Position numbers and translations under genes: made by a program. A stretch of DNA of 48,852 bases from assembly GCA_963932905.1 (NCBI GenBank), contig CAWVRN010000032.1:1-48852 (forward strand), given 5' to 3'. Below are positions 1-10,047 of the stretch, one piece after another. Below the pieces are notes generated by a model, which saw nothing but the letters and a program-made list of their open reading frames with translations, was not told the origin of the DNA and made no database searches. Position 1 is the stretch's first letter. The number at the start of each line of letters is the position of its first letter. The stretch comes from an uncultured Bdellovibrio sp. (GTDB lineage: Bacteria; Bdellovibrionota; Bdellovibrionia; Bdellovibrionales; Bdellovibrionaceae).

Positions 1-51
1 AATGAGCCTTAAACAAATACTATTCTAAAATGCAAAGTAAGGGGCCAGTTC

Positions 52-1659
52 TTAAGTGGTTTCCTCTTCCTTATACTTTTGTTTTCCCATCGTATGCTCT
101 TGAACAATAGTTTCACGCACAACAACAACTTTGATTTGCCCTGGGTAATTACATTCTTTTTCGATCTGTGCGGCAATTTTCATACTTAAAGACAAAGCAT
201 CTCGATCAGAAATTTTCTTATTGTTTACATACACGCGGCACTCACGACCACCAGATAATACGTAGCAATCTGTAACGCCCTCGAAGCTGCGCGCGATTTC
301 TTGTAATTCGGTTACTTTCTGTGCGTAGGTTTCCAGTGTCGATCGACGCGCGCCAGGGCGACCACCGCTCATCGCATCGGCCGCAATAACTAGGAAAGCA
401 TGGGCTGTGTTCGGAGTTTCGTCATAGTGATGGGCGCGAACATTGTGAACAACGTCAGGGTTTTCCCCTCGTTTGGCGATAAAGTTTGCACCGATGACGG
501 CATGGCCCCCATCTATTGCGTGATCCATGGATTTACCGATATCATGCAGTAAACCACTGCGTTTACCGATTTTAACATCCAAACCTAATTCACCTGATAG
601 TAGGCCGCATAGCCAGCCTACTTCGCCGCAGTGGAAATATTGATTTTGCGTGAAAGAATAGCGGAAACGAAGACTACCCATCATTTGTTTGATTTCCGGG
701 TGCATATTTTCCAGTTTTAATTCTTTGGCAATCGAATCGCCGTCATGCTTAATTTGTTTAAACAATTCGTTCTTTTGATTCGTGTACATGCGTTCAATAA
801 ATTCTAAAGAAACCGGTTTCTTTTCTTTTAGCAAACGTTCAAGTAGTCGTCGGGTCAACTCACGGCGAACGGGATCGAAACCAGCGACACCGATCATGTC
901 GTTTTCAGGTTCGATGATAATATCGCAACCAGTTAGTTCCTGAATTTTAGCAATATTCTTTTTCTCAGCATCGACTAGAATTGTTCGATTGTAGTTTTCA
1001 GGAAAATACACGGGCGCAATACCACGTTCTGAACAGTAAGGACGGGCAAAGCGATCAAGGGCAACATCTAGCAAACGCTTAGCGATCACTTCCTGTTGTT
1101 CTTTGACGTCCAATTCATAGTATTCGGCATCGCGAGTGATGATGCGTTTAATGTCATCAATAAACTCATCCGATATCCCGCGTTTTACGTCTTCGGCATT
1201 CAGGTTTAGTTTCGAGCATAATTCGACAACCATTTTCTTTTGTTCAGCCTTGATCATTTTTTTGAAATCTTGGTGGAACAATTGTTTCTTTTTAATTTCT
1301 AATTCTTTTTGGCGAATCTCGTTGTGCTTTTTGTCTTGAGTGCTTTTTAAACCTGACCAAATTTCATCGTTACGTGCTTTGCGTTCTTGGTATTCTGTTT
1401 CTAAATCCGTAACGTTCAATTCGATCTTCAACAAATCAGGTTCTGACTTTGTCCAAAGTTCCATTTCGATTTCCGTTAGGATTTCATTTCGTTCAATTTC
1501 TTTGATTTCGGCGGCTTCTTTAGCCTCGTCGATCATCTCTAAAGCTTCGGTTTCCGCCTGTTTTAGATAAATACGGCTGCCCCATTTGTAAAAGGCAAAA
1601 CCAAAAATGGCTCCAAGAACCAGGCCGACAACAGAATAAATCAGTATATTGAGTAACAT
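52..1659 (-). CDS. rny: Ribonuclease Y (N-terminal TM helix, coiled coil, KH and HD domains)
   Basis: N-terminal TM segment, coiled coil, 'FDPVRRE' KH region, 'LLHDIGK' HD motif, 'ADAMSGGRPGAR', C-terminal 'YPGQIKVVVVRE'. Confidence 0.95.
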   Translation of the reverse strand: MLLNILIYSVVGLVLGAIFGFAFYKWGSRIYLKQAETEALEMIDEAKEAAEIKEIERNEILTEIEMELWTKSEPDLLKIELNVTDLETEYQERKARNDEIWSGLKSTQDKKHNEIRQKELEIKKKQLFHQDFKKMIKAEQKKMVVELCSKLNLNAEDVKRGISDEFIDDIKRIITRDAEYYELDVKEQQEVIAKRLLDVALDRFARPYCSERGIAPVYFPENYNRTILVDAEKKNIAKIQELTGCDIIIEPENDMIGVAGFDPVRRELTRRLLERLLKEKKPVSLEFIERMYTNQKNELFKQIKHDGDSIAKELKLENMHPEIKQMMGSLRFRYSFTQNQYFHCGEVGWLCGLLSGELGLDVKIGKRSGLLHDIGKSMDHAIDGGHAVIGANFIAKRGENPDVVHNVRAHHYDETPNTAHAFLVIAADAMSGGRPGARRSTLETYAQKVTELQEIARSFEGVTDCYVLSGGRECRVYVNNKKISDRDALSLSMKIAAQIEKECNYPGQIKVVVVRETIVQEHTMGKQKYKEEETT

Positions 1660-1688
1660 AGGAATAATTTATGCGGCTAACACTTGGA

Positions 1689-1717
1689 TTGTCCAGCACT
1701 TTAAACTGAGTTAGCAT
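1689..1717 (+). promoter_or_regulatory. Putative sigma70 promoter of arfB (leaderless geometry)
   Basis: TTGTCC-N17-TAGCAT ending 6 nt before ATG 1724. Confidence 0.4.
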
Positions 1718-1723
1718 GATAAC

Positions 1724-2140
1724 ATGACAGTAGAAACGATAATGTCGATAATTATTCATGAAGTGACTTTTAAGTACTTCACAGCCAGTGGCCCTGGAGG
1801 TCAAAACCTGCAGAAAAACAAGACAGGCGTGCAATTGTTTTGGAATATAGACGAATCCAGCATTCCCTTGGAAAACAAAGAAAAAATACGCCGAGTCAAT
1901 CGTACCACTAAGGAAGGATTCTTAGTTCAGTTCAAATCGCAGACCGAGCGATCGCTGGATATGAACAAAAAGAATGCAATTTACAAATTAGAAAACCTAG
2001 TTGAGCAGTCATTGTTTGTTCCCAAAGCTCGCAAAGCGACGAAACCAACGCGTTCGTCCGTAAGAAGGCGCCTGACCGACAAGAAGGTTCACAAAGACAG
2101 AAAATCCTCGCGTCGTGGAAACAAAGTATCAGACTGGTGA
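1724..2140 (+). CDS. arfB: Alternative ribosome-rescue peptidyl-tRNA hydrolase ArfB/YaeJ
   Basis: 'ASGPGGQN' GGQ motif, 'SQTERS', basic C-terminal tail 'RKATKPTRSSVRRRL..KK'. Confidence 0.92.
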   Translation: MTVETIMSIIIHEVTFKYFTASGPGGQNLQKNKTGVQLFWNIDESSIPLENKEKIRRVNRTTKEGFLVQFKSQTERSLDMNKKNAIYKLENLVEQSLFVPKARKATKPTRSSVRRRLTDKKVHKDRKSSRRGNKVSDW

Positions 2141-3334
2141 GGATGCAGAGGTATGTTTCACTTGATGAACCACCGCCACAGCCAATAGTGTAAATACGAT
2201 GGCGATATAGCCTACCATTTCATAGTTAGCCATGTAGCCCGTGACCGTGTCGCGAACAACGATATAACCGGCTAACGATGAACCTACGGCTGAACTCAAA
2301 GATTGTACTGAACTGACCAGGCTCATATACGAACCACGTCGTTCGGGTGACGGTGCACCTGAAATCAGCGCCATGGCCGGGATCATCCGCATACTCATCG
2401 AAATAAAAAACAAACTTGAAATGCCTAAAATAATCGGAACTTCTGTTGGACCTAAATGAGTTAGCAGAAATATCGGGATAATGGAAAGGATAGCGCCGAC
2501 AATAAAAACGGTGTGCTTGCCAATGCGATCAGAAATGCGGCCAATTAATGGTGCGCCGACAATGGAGGTCAAACCACCGCATAAATAAATCAGTGGTAAG
2601 TGGGCTTCGGGTAATCCGGCGTTGGCCACGAGCGTAGGACTGATAAATGGAATGACGGTGAATTGACCAAGAAATAAAAAAATCATGTACACCAGTCCCA
2701 TCAACAAATTGCGGGTACCCGCAACTTCCAGTAAGGGCGTTAACAGCGACGATGTTTTGCCCGATTCAAGTACGGCCCGAGGTGGAACATATTTAAAGAT
2801 GAAAAAGAATAAACCCAAACTGATGCAGCCCAAAAAAACAAACGGGGCGTGCCAGTTAAACGTTGTCGCCAGGTAAATAGAAAACGGCACACCTAAAATA
2901 CTAGCCAATGAAAATGATGTCGATGTCCATCCCACGGCTGTACCACGCTTTTCGTAGGAAAAGTTATCTGACACGATCGAAAGGGTGATTGAGTTCAAAA
3001 CGCCGCCAAAAGTTCCAGCGAGTGAGCGCGCAATTAACAGAAAATAAAAGTTGGGGGAAGCCGCACAGAATAGGGTGCTGATGGCAAATCCGGTGAAGAA
3101 AAACAGGAGTAAGCGTTTTCGTTCAAATCGATCCATAAAAAATGAACTAACAAAACCAGAAATACCAGCAAATAAGGTGTAGGAGGCCACTAAAAAGCTA
3201 AACTCCTGGGCTGAAATCGAAAATATTCGAATCAGCTGCGGTCCTAACGGCATCATTATCATGAAATCGACAATGTGTGCGAACTGGATAGCCGCAATGA
3301 TGAATAAAAGGAATTTTTCTTGTCGTGAAAACAT
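2129..3334 (-). CDS. MFS transporter (drug/sugar efflux-like)
   Basis: About 12 hydrophobic segments; motif A-like 'MDRFERK' and 'GRISDRIGKH'. Confidence 0.9.
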   Translation of the reverse strand: MFSRQEKFLLFIIAAIQFAHIVDFMIMMPLGPQLIRIFSISAQEFSFLVASYTLFAGISGFVSSFFMDRFERKRLLLFFFTGFAISTLFCAASPNFYFLLIARSLAGTFGGVLNSITLSIVSDNFSYEKRGTAVGWTSTSFSLASILGVPFSIYLATTFNWHAPFVFLGCISLGLFFFIFKYVPPRAVLESGKTSSLLTPLLEVAGTRNLLMGLVYMIFLFLGQFTVIPFISPTLVANAGLPEAHLPLIYLCGGLTSIVGAPLIGRISDRIGKHTVFIVGAILSIIPIFLLTHLGPTEVPIILGISSLFFISMSMRMIPAMALISGAPSPERRGSYMSLVSSVQSLSSAVGSSLAGYIVVRDTVTGYMANYEMVGYIAIVFTLLAVAVVHQVKHTSASSPV

Positions 3335-3376
3335 ATAACAAATACCATTGTAAGCAGAAAAGAAAGGACTGTCATT

Positions 3377-3778
3377 ATGAAAGCTCTAGGGAAGTGGTTA
3401 GTAAGAATTTTGATTTTTGTTGGAATCCTGGTAGTGGCGTCCGTGTATATGGTGTACTATTCTTTTTTCCACGCGCGCACCGTAGTTGGTCCAGTTAGTG
3501 GGGTAAAACAATTATTGGAAAACACTGCGTTTGTGGCGGGATCACAAGATCCTTCCAGTAAAATTTATTCTTTTGCCGTAGGGGTAAAAGATCTTAAGAA
3601 TCATGAAATCGTTACGGGCTCATCCGAAGACCGCCAGTGGGGCGTAGTCAAAGATGGTCAGTGTGTGGAAGCTAAGTTCTTCCCATATCCACCATGGAAC
3701 CTTCAAAAAGCGGGGACATATTTCAATGTGCGAGTACAAAAACTTTACGACAACTGTGATGTTATACCTAAAGATTAG
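3377..3778 (+). CDS. Membrane-anchored hypothetical protein
   Basis: ORF with AAGGA SD and N-terminal TM helix. Confidence 0.75.
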   Translation: MKALGKWLVRILIFVGILVVASVYMVYYSFFHARTVVGPVSGVKQLLENTAFVAGSQDPSSKIYSFAVGVKDLKNHEIVTGSSEDRQWGVVKDGQCVEAKFFPYPPWNLQKAGTYFNVRVQKLYDNCDVIPKD

Positions 3779-4832
3779 TTTAGCCAGTGTGCTACTGTTG
3801 TCGGCATGCCAAACAACGTCGACGGCCATGGGTGATTTTCAAACGACAGCAGAAAATAAAAAATTCGCGCGACCGATAGTGATTGCTCATCGCGGGGCCA
3901 GCGGTTATTTGCCGGAACATACATTGGAAGCCTACATTCGTGGAATGGAACTGGGCGCAGATTTTGTTGAGCCAGATTTAGTGATGACAAAAGATGGTGT
4001 GTTGGTGGCTCGCCACGAAAATGAAATTTCTGAAACTACGAATGTAGCCGAGGTATTTCCAAAACGAAAAACAGTAAAGACTGTTGATGATGTTAAAGTC
4101 GCTGGATGGTTTGTAGAAGATTTCACATTAGCCGAAATTAAAAAATTGAAAGCTAAGCAACGTTTGGCCTTTCGCCCGCAAATGGATCAACAACCCTTCT
4201 TAGTTCCAACATTTGATGAAATCATTGATGTCGTTGATCAGTATAATACGAAGACAGGTAAACAAATCGGTATCGTTCCTGAAATCAAACATTCATCGTA
4301 CTTCCGGTCGATTGGTGTGAATATGGAAAAAGCTCTACTTAAGGTTCTTGAAGATAAAAAATGGGATAAAAAATTAGACCAAATCTATATTCAGTCGTTT
4401 GAAGTTTCTAACTTGAAAGAACTGGCATCGCTGTCAAAGTATCACCTAGTGCAGCTGTTAGGTGATCCCGCGGAATCGCCCTACGACTTAAAAGGTAGGA
4501 AAACATACGCGGATATGGTGACGCTGGAAGGTTTAAAAGAGATTCGTAAGTACGCCCAAGTTATAGGACCATACAAAAAGTACTTGGTCGTGGAAAATGC
4601 TAAAAGCGAAACGACGATGGTGCCCAACGATGTCCTTAAAAATGCCAAGCTTTTGGATTTTAAAATCATCCCGTATACTTTTCGGAACGAGTCCTTTTTT
4701 GTGATGAAACCGCTGACGGACCCGGTTAAAGAGTATGAGTTTTTCTACAAGATCGGGGTTGATGGGGTGTTCAGTGATTTCCCTGATACGGCAGTAAAAG
4801 CGCTTAAAACGGGTAGTGAAACAATAAATTAA
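3759..4832 (+). CDS. glpQ: Glycerophosphodiester phosphodiesterase (lipoprotein)
   Basis: 'IAHRGASGYLPEHT', 'EPDLV', 'ARHE'; start moved to ATG 3759 giving lipobox 'LLLSAC'. Confidence 0.92.
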   Translation: MLYLKISLASVLLLSACQTTSTAMGDFQTTAENKKFARPIVIAHRGASGYLPEHTLEAYIRGMELGADFVEPDLVMTKDGVLVARHENEISETTNVAEVFPKRKTVKTVDDVKVAGWFVEDFTLAEIKKLKAKQRLAFRPQMDQQPFLVPTFDEIIDVVDQYNTKTGKQIGIVPEIKHSSYFRSIGVNMEKALLKVLEDKKWDKKLDQIYIQSFEVSNLKELASLSKYHLVQLLGDPAESPYDLKGRKTYADMVTLEGLKEIRKYAQVIGPYKKYLVVENAKSETTMVPNDVLKNAKLLDFKIIPYTFRNESFFVMKPLTDPVKEYEFFYKIGVDGVFSDFPDTAVKALKTGSETIN

Positions 4833-4882
4833 CCACCTTTAGTTCAGATATTGTCTTAACTTTGAGAACAGTTAGGGCAATC

Positions 4883-5773
4883 ATGACGATAATAAAAGAC
4901 ATCACAGACCAGCGATATAAAGAGATAACGGAATCCTCGTTTACACCATTTAAAATGCGCCAGGATTGGTCGCAGAAATTAAAAGATGGGCACAGTACGA
5001 TTCAACTTTTTATAACAAAAAATTTCGATCTCAACCTCAACGAATATCACTTGTTGGTGGGTATAGCGAAGGATTCCCATTATCTTATTTTTAGTTATTT
5101 ATGCGAACAGCCGCCCACATTTGTTATCAGTGATATCTGTCACATTATTGCGAGCAACATCCAACATCATGGTAATAATACATACCTCGTGAATCAGTAT
5201 TTGAACGGCAGTGGCTATAAAAATTTAGATCACATTGTGATGGACATTTTTACTCAAGAAATGGGCAACAAAATTGGGCAAAACTATATAAGCAATACCG
5301 CGATACTTTTTAACGATTATTCGTATCTGATACAAAAAGCATTAACCGATATTCAGTCGACCTTGAACGGTATTGATTTGAAAGAAGAAGCCGATCAGAA
5401 TTTTTTCTTTTTTTTACTGACTGTCGAAGAGTCGATCAAGAAATTGAACCAAGAATTCATGTACCTGTATTTTTGCTTTTTCAAAATGGCTGACGAGGAT
5501 CATGTAAACAAAATCAGTTGGGCGCCAATGTTGAGTGGCTTGCGCCGAGACTATTTCCAGCGCATTGATCATCATATTAATGCATTGAAGGTTTCGCTGG
5601 CTAGCCAAACAGAAATGGATACAGGTTCTGCAGCGGTCGAATCCGTATCCATTCAATTAGAACATCTATTAAAAAACTTAGAGCTATTTCAAAGAAAAGA
5701 ATCGTACTTGGGACTATCGCCACAGACGGCAGCAACCTCGCAGATTAAAAACTTGCTTGAAGCTGGCGAATAG
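4883..5773 (+). CDS. Hypothetical protein
   Basis: Long ORF (about 296 aa from ATG 4883); no recognised motif. Confidence 0.65.
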   Translation: MTIIKDITDQRYKEITESSFTPFKMRQDWSQKLKDGHSTIQLFITKNFDLNLNEYHLLVGIAKDSHYLIFSYLCEQPPTFVISDICHIIASNIQHHGNNTYLVNQYLNGSGYKNLDHIVMDIFTQEMGNKIGQNYISNTAILFNDYSYLIQKALTDIQSTLNGIDLKEEADQNFFFFLLTVEESIKKLNQEFMYLYFCFFKMADEDHVNKISWAPMLSGLRRDYFQRIDHHINALKVSLASQTEMDTGSAAVESVSIQLEHLLKNLELFQRKESYLGLSPQTAATSQIKNLLEAGE

Positions 5774-6530
5774 CGTTGTCGATAAACTGTTGGTAAGGAA
5801 TCACTATTGTGTAGATTCCAGTCTTTCGGCACTGAGCATCGCCGCGACTTGTGATTCCCCAGATATAGTAGGCACCATTTAACAATAGGAACGCTGGTCC
5901 ACCGGAATCCCCGTTACATGTACCGCGACCGATCGTTTGATCCAGAACGGCTTCGGTTTGTGAGTAACGTGGATTTGTAAGAACCGTGAACGTTTCACGC
6001 AAAACACCGGCGCCAGTTTGTGCCGTTCCATCATCTAAGCCAAAACCGGCCAGTAGCGTAAAGGCAGAAGGTGCTAGGTAATAACTGTTCTTAAGGACAC
6101 TCACTGGTACGTAACCAGTAGGTGCTTGGCCTTTAAATTTCACAATGGCGATATCGCCTGTGTTTTTATCCCCATTTGATTTTCCCCACAATGGACCAAC
6201 AACGGCACCGACGACTTGAGCCGCATTTGACGAGTTAGCTCCTTTCAGAGTTGTGGAAAATACAACATACATAGATTTTGGATCGCGAGGAATACAGTGG
6301 GCCGCAGTGATTACGATATTCTTATCGATAAGCGTTCCCGTACAACTGCCAAAGCGTGGGACGACAAGTCCAACCACATGTTGCGCTGTTTTTAAACCCG
6401 AAGTCACAAGGTTTCCGCCGATGATATTTGATTCTTGTGATGATGTCGTTAAGTCGTCGCCTTCTGGTTTATTCGGGGTGCATTGGATCAACGATAAACT
6501 CAGAATTGAAAGTAGAAGAAATTGTTTCAA
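5745..6530 (-). CDS. Trypsin-like (S1) serine protease, probable lipoprotein
   Basis: Triad motifs 'ITAAHC', 'GDIAIV', 'GDSGGP'; signal ending 'LIQC'. Confidence 0.92.
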   Translation of the reverse strand: MKQFLLLSILSLSLIQCTPNKPEGDDLTTSSQESNIIGGNLVTSGLKTAQHVVGLVVPRFGSCTGTLIDKNIVITAAHCIPRDPKSMYVVFSTTLKGANSSNAAQVVGAVVGPLWGKSNGDKNTGDIAIVKFKGQAPTGYVPVSVLKNSYYLAPSAFTLLAGFGLDDGTAQTGAGVLRETFTVLTNPRYSQTEAVLDQTIGRGTCNGDSGGPAFLLLNGAYYIWGITSRGDAQCRKTGIYTIVIPYQQFIDNAIRQLQASF

Positions 6531-6658
6531 GTAGACTCCTGTCTATAAAGTTGACGCTTTTATAGATAGGCTTGAGCCTTAAAACAAATTCATTCTTTTA
6601 TGGCCGTTCATAAGGAAATATTATGGTAAAAATTTCATCGTACCTATTGGAAAAAGAA

Positions 6659-6687
6659 AAATGGTAGAGCATTGAACTCTACCATTT
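6659..6687. terminator. Intergenic hairpin, terminator-like
   Basis: AAATGGTAGAG-N7-CTCTACCATTT, perfect 11-bp stem with A-run on the left. Confidence 0.45.
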
Positions 6688-6958
6688 CTAAAATTGCCGT
6701 CAGTGATTTTAACGCTGGCTATATACCTGTTGGCAACTTTGACGATAATCTTTTTGAAGGTCACTCGCTTCCTAATTTCGATCCACTTCCTTTAAAATAT
6801 CAAAAAGTGATATAAGAATATAGATCTGCAGGATAGAAAAAAATATACTTACTGTCTGGGGAAAGGTTAGGTCTGTTTGCCGTCTTGTTTCAATGCCCCT
6901 GCAGTTATTACCTGTTATTTTGTTGTACATTGTTTAATCTTGGTTGTTTCTTTAATAT

Positions 6959-8005
6959 TTGAATATGCTTCTTAAATGGGTTTTCAATGTTTTGGTAGTT
7001 TTGCTTTCGATCACTAGTTGGGCCGAACCCTTTGCTTCTAAGTCTATTGTAAAGTCTGCGCCTTTGGCCAATCTATGTAAGTCTTTTTATTACTCGGGTT
7101 TAGCTGTTTTAGATGGTCAGAATAGTTTAGTTAGACAAATCGAACGAGCCCATTTGAAATACCTGGGTGACTTTAGGCGGGCGTACTATCACTACGAAAA
7201 CTATAGATCCTCACTGACCAAAGCCAAACGCCAGGCTATTCTTGCCTACAAAGGGACTTCGTATGGAATGGTGAATAAATTTTTGCGAACAGGTGAGTCA
7301 AGTCTTGTCGGTAAAGATTTGGATACATTGAAGCAGGTTATCAAAGATGTAGATGATTCTATCGACGACGCTCCGCAAATTCCTCGTGATATTGTTTTGT
7401 TTCGAGGTATTGGGTCAACATCAAATTCGTTTGGAAAAGCTGTTGTAGGTGACGTAGTTGAAGACAAAGCTTTCACCTCGACAAGTCTATCTATTCGAAC
7501 GGCTTTGAATTTTGCAAACAACGCGATAAACCTTGGTTCACCTGGAATTTTGCAGGTTATTCATGTGAAACGGGATAATATGCGAGGACTCTATATCGAG
7601 GGACAGACCTTTGAATTTGAAAGTGAAATTTTGATTGATCGCGGAAGCAAATACAGAGTTTTGCGAACTCAGCATGTTGTGCTTGAAAATAAAGTTAATA
7701 TTTTTGATTCTGATGATTTGCCCACCGTAATAGGTTCGCCGGTGATAGGTAATGACCCTGTGTTGTTTCCGCCGACACAGACGTTTCCTTCAACCGTAAT
7801 CGAAGAGCCAGTTTTTACCCAATTAGAACTGTTTAAGCCAGAAGAATTGCCTGTAGTGATTGGGTTACCGGGTCAGCCTGTATATCCCAGTTCGCCTGGA
7901 GTAGATCCTGGTATTCTCGGCGGCCCAGTATTTCCTTCAAATGGTGCTCGTCCTACTCATCTAATTATACAGCACTTGGAACTGATTCAAGATCGCGACC
8001 AATAA
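6959..8005 (+). CDS. Secreted VIP2/C3-family ADP-ribosyltransferase
   Basis: Signal peptide; 'AYKGTSYGMVNKFLR', 'LFRG' (R), 'FTSTS', 'ESEILI' (E-x-E) form the R-S-E motif set. Confidence 0.85.
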   Translation: MNMLLKWVFNVLVVLLSITSWAEPFASKSIVKSAPLANLCKSFYYSGLAVLDGQNSLVRQIERAHLKYLGDFRRAYYHYENYRSSLTKAKRQAILAYKGTSYGMVNKFLRTGESSLVGKDLDTLKQVIKDVDDSIDDAPQIPRDIVLFRGIGSTSNSFGKAVVGDVVEDKAFTSTSLSIRTALNFANNAINLGSPGILQVIHVKRDNMRGLYIEGQTFEFESEILIDRGSKYRVLRTQHVVLENKVNIFDSDDLPTVIGSPVIGNDPVLFPPTQTFPSTVIEEPVFTQLELFKPEELPVVIGLPGQPVYPSSPGVDPGILGGPVFPSNGARPTHLIIQHLELIQDRDQ

Positions 8006-8044
8006 ATAGTCCGAATAATTTAAGCGGTTCGCACTCTAAAATAA

Positions 8045-8547
8045 TCAATGGCGGTAGAAAATTAAACATTTGTTAATGCTATTTTTGTTTGAATTCTTGT
8101 TGATTGGGTCATTGGCATTAGTAATTTTGAGCTCGCTACAGTATTTTTCGAATTGAGCTTTCCATTTGGCAACGGTCATACTCTTGAAACCTTTTCTTGG
8201 CTTTTTCTGTATGAAGGGTTTAAATGTGAACTTGTAGTGTACAACTTAGTCAACACCCTCATCCAAAACAACAGCCGTGTCTTGTTCCTTAAAATATTTT
8301 CCGAGTTCCGTAGGATGAGGAGATAAATCCAACTTAAATTTTTCCGCATGTGGATCGTCCTTAAATTTAGCGAACTACTTGTCGATGGATAGACTTGGGA
8401 TAGACTTGCAGTATTGTCGTTATTTGGAAAAGCATAAAATTATGAAAATAAAATCCTTTAGGAGGATGTTTTTTTTCGGATAAGGTTCCACTTCCCAGGC
8501 TGGTATTGGCTTTTCCCAGTAAGGCCACGGTATAAGGTGATTATAAT
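8045..8547 (-). pseudogene. Degraded gene remnant, family unknown
   Basis: Protein-like fragments on the minus strand broken by stops, frameshifts and an 11-bp tandem duplication (8387-8408). Confidence 0.45.
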
Positions 8548-9477
8548 CTACAAAGATTTGATAATCTCTGCGATGAGTCTGATGTGATCGAGGGGATGTT
8601 TACCCACATGCTCGACCATTAATTTTTTCGGGGCATCCGTTTTTGAAATTCCTTCAAATGTAAGAAGGCGATCCATGGCATTACAACTAGAAACGATGAT
8701 CGATAATTCGTCCAATTGATTTTCCATTAGTTTTTTTGGAAAGCCAGATCCATCAATGCACTCTTCGTGTTCGTTGATGATTTTTAATACCTGCGGATCA
8801 AAGTGCATCGTATTTTTTAGTTTTTCAATACCTGAATGAGGATGTGCTTTATACACCGTCAAATCAGCAGCAGCTAAGGCACTTAATGGTTGTTGAAAGT
8901 TAACCGGCGAATCATGCAAACCAATGTCATGCAATAGCGATCCCAACGTCAACCACTGCGATGCTTTAGGGTCTGTCAGTTTTAGTTTTTGACTTAAGGC
9001 AACGGCCATCGTGCCGACAGTGACACCGTGATGGGCCAAGTTTTTATCCGTGTTTTCAATTTTTAAAATCGATGCAGCCGCGGGTGCATTCTTCGTTAGG
9101 AATTCAACGTATTTACTAGTGGCTTCTTTAGTTGATTCGTAAGCTTGTTTATCTTCTGGGCGTTCAAAAACTTCCTCGACATGAGATTGCTGATCGCCTT
9201 GGATAATTTCCGCACGCGTCTGCATATCTTTTTGTGAGTTTTGATCGTAGGCAGATTCGATATTAGTTTTTAAATAACTTCGATAATTGGGTTCATCATC
9301 GTCGATAATATAAAGATTTTTTAACTTTTTCTCTTTCAAACGTTTTAAACGTCCACCTTCAAAACTATCGCCTCGACGAAGGTAATGGACCATTTTATCG
9401 TTAATTTTAACATACACATCGAAGGTAATTTTTTGATCGCCTCGTAAGGTGCTCACGCGGATAGAAGTATGATTCAT
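8548..9477 (-). CDS. HD-GYP domain protein (partly degenerate)
   Basis: 'LLHDIG', 'HPHSG', 'HEECIDGSGFP'. Confidence 0.85.
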   Translation of the reverse strand: MNHTSIRVSTLRGDQKITFDVYVKINDKMVHYLRRGDSFEGGRLKRLKEKKLKNLYIIDDDEPNYRSYLKTNIESAYDQNSQKDMQTRAEIIQGDQQSHVEEVFERPEDKQAYESTKEATSKYVEFLTKNAPAAASILKIENTDKNLAHHGVTVGTMAVALSQKLKLTDPKASQWLTLGSLLHDIGLHDSPVNFQQPLSALAAADLTVYKAHPHSGIEKLKNTMHFDPQVLKIINEHEECIDGSGFPKKLMENQLDELSIIVSSCNAMDRLLTFEGISKTDAPKKLMVEHVGKHPLDHIRLIAEIIKSL

Positions 9478-9528
9478 ATTTGACCTTTTACTTGTTGTCC
9501 TTCATCTGAGTTTTGTTAGACTCAAAGA

Positions 9529-10047
9529 ATGACTTTAGATGAATCAATTTTAAAAGAATTTGTACAGGAATCCAAATCTTTAATTAAAGAAAGTCTAGAT
9601 ATACTAGAAGAAGTTGAATCGGATCCAAGCCAAATTAAGAAGTTGGAAGTGTATGGTAACAGTGTTGATCGCATCATGGGCGGCGCGAAAAATTTGGCGT
9701 TGATGGTGGACGTGTCTCATCCTATTCACTTCATCGGCGACTACTGTGCTCTATGTAAAGCCGTGGGTTATAAATCGTCACAGATTGTGAATAATCCCGA
9801 TTTCTTGATGATTTGTGTGGCTTTGTTGCTGGACGCTACGGAAACCCTGGACGAAATGGTTGAAAAATTAGTATCTGGCGCCAAACAAGAAGCAACTAGG
9901 CTAAGTAAAACATTCCTAGATCGATTGCAGTGGGTATCAAATCAGTTCAGTAAAGATATTCGCGAAACGGTGGGGGCAAAAGCTAGCGGCGAGAAAAGTT
10001 TTGGACAAAGTGAGATTGACGAACTTTTGAAAAAACTAGGTATTTGA
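9529..10047 (+). CDS. Hpt/CheA-P1-like helical protein lacking the phospho-His
   Basis: 'ILKEFVQES..L..LE' N-terminus; 'NSVDRIMGGA' in place of 'HTIKG.A'; CheZ/FliM-like tail 'QSEIDELL'. Confidence 0.65.
   Translation: MTLDESILKEFVQESKSLIKESLDILEEVESDPSQIKKLEVYGNSVDRIMGGAKNLALMVDVSHPIHFIGDYCALCKAVGYKSSQIVNNPDFLMICVALLLDATETLDEMVEKLVSGAKQEATRLSKTFLDRLQWVSNQFSKDIRETVGAKASGEKSFGQSEIDELLKKLGI

Noticed and set aside
6700..6930. Possible gene remnant upstream of the ADP-ribosyltransferase
   Set aside because: Fragments are too short and stop-interrupted to support without a homology search
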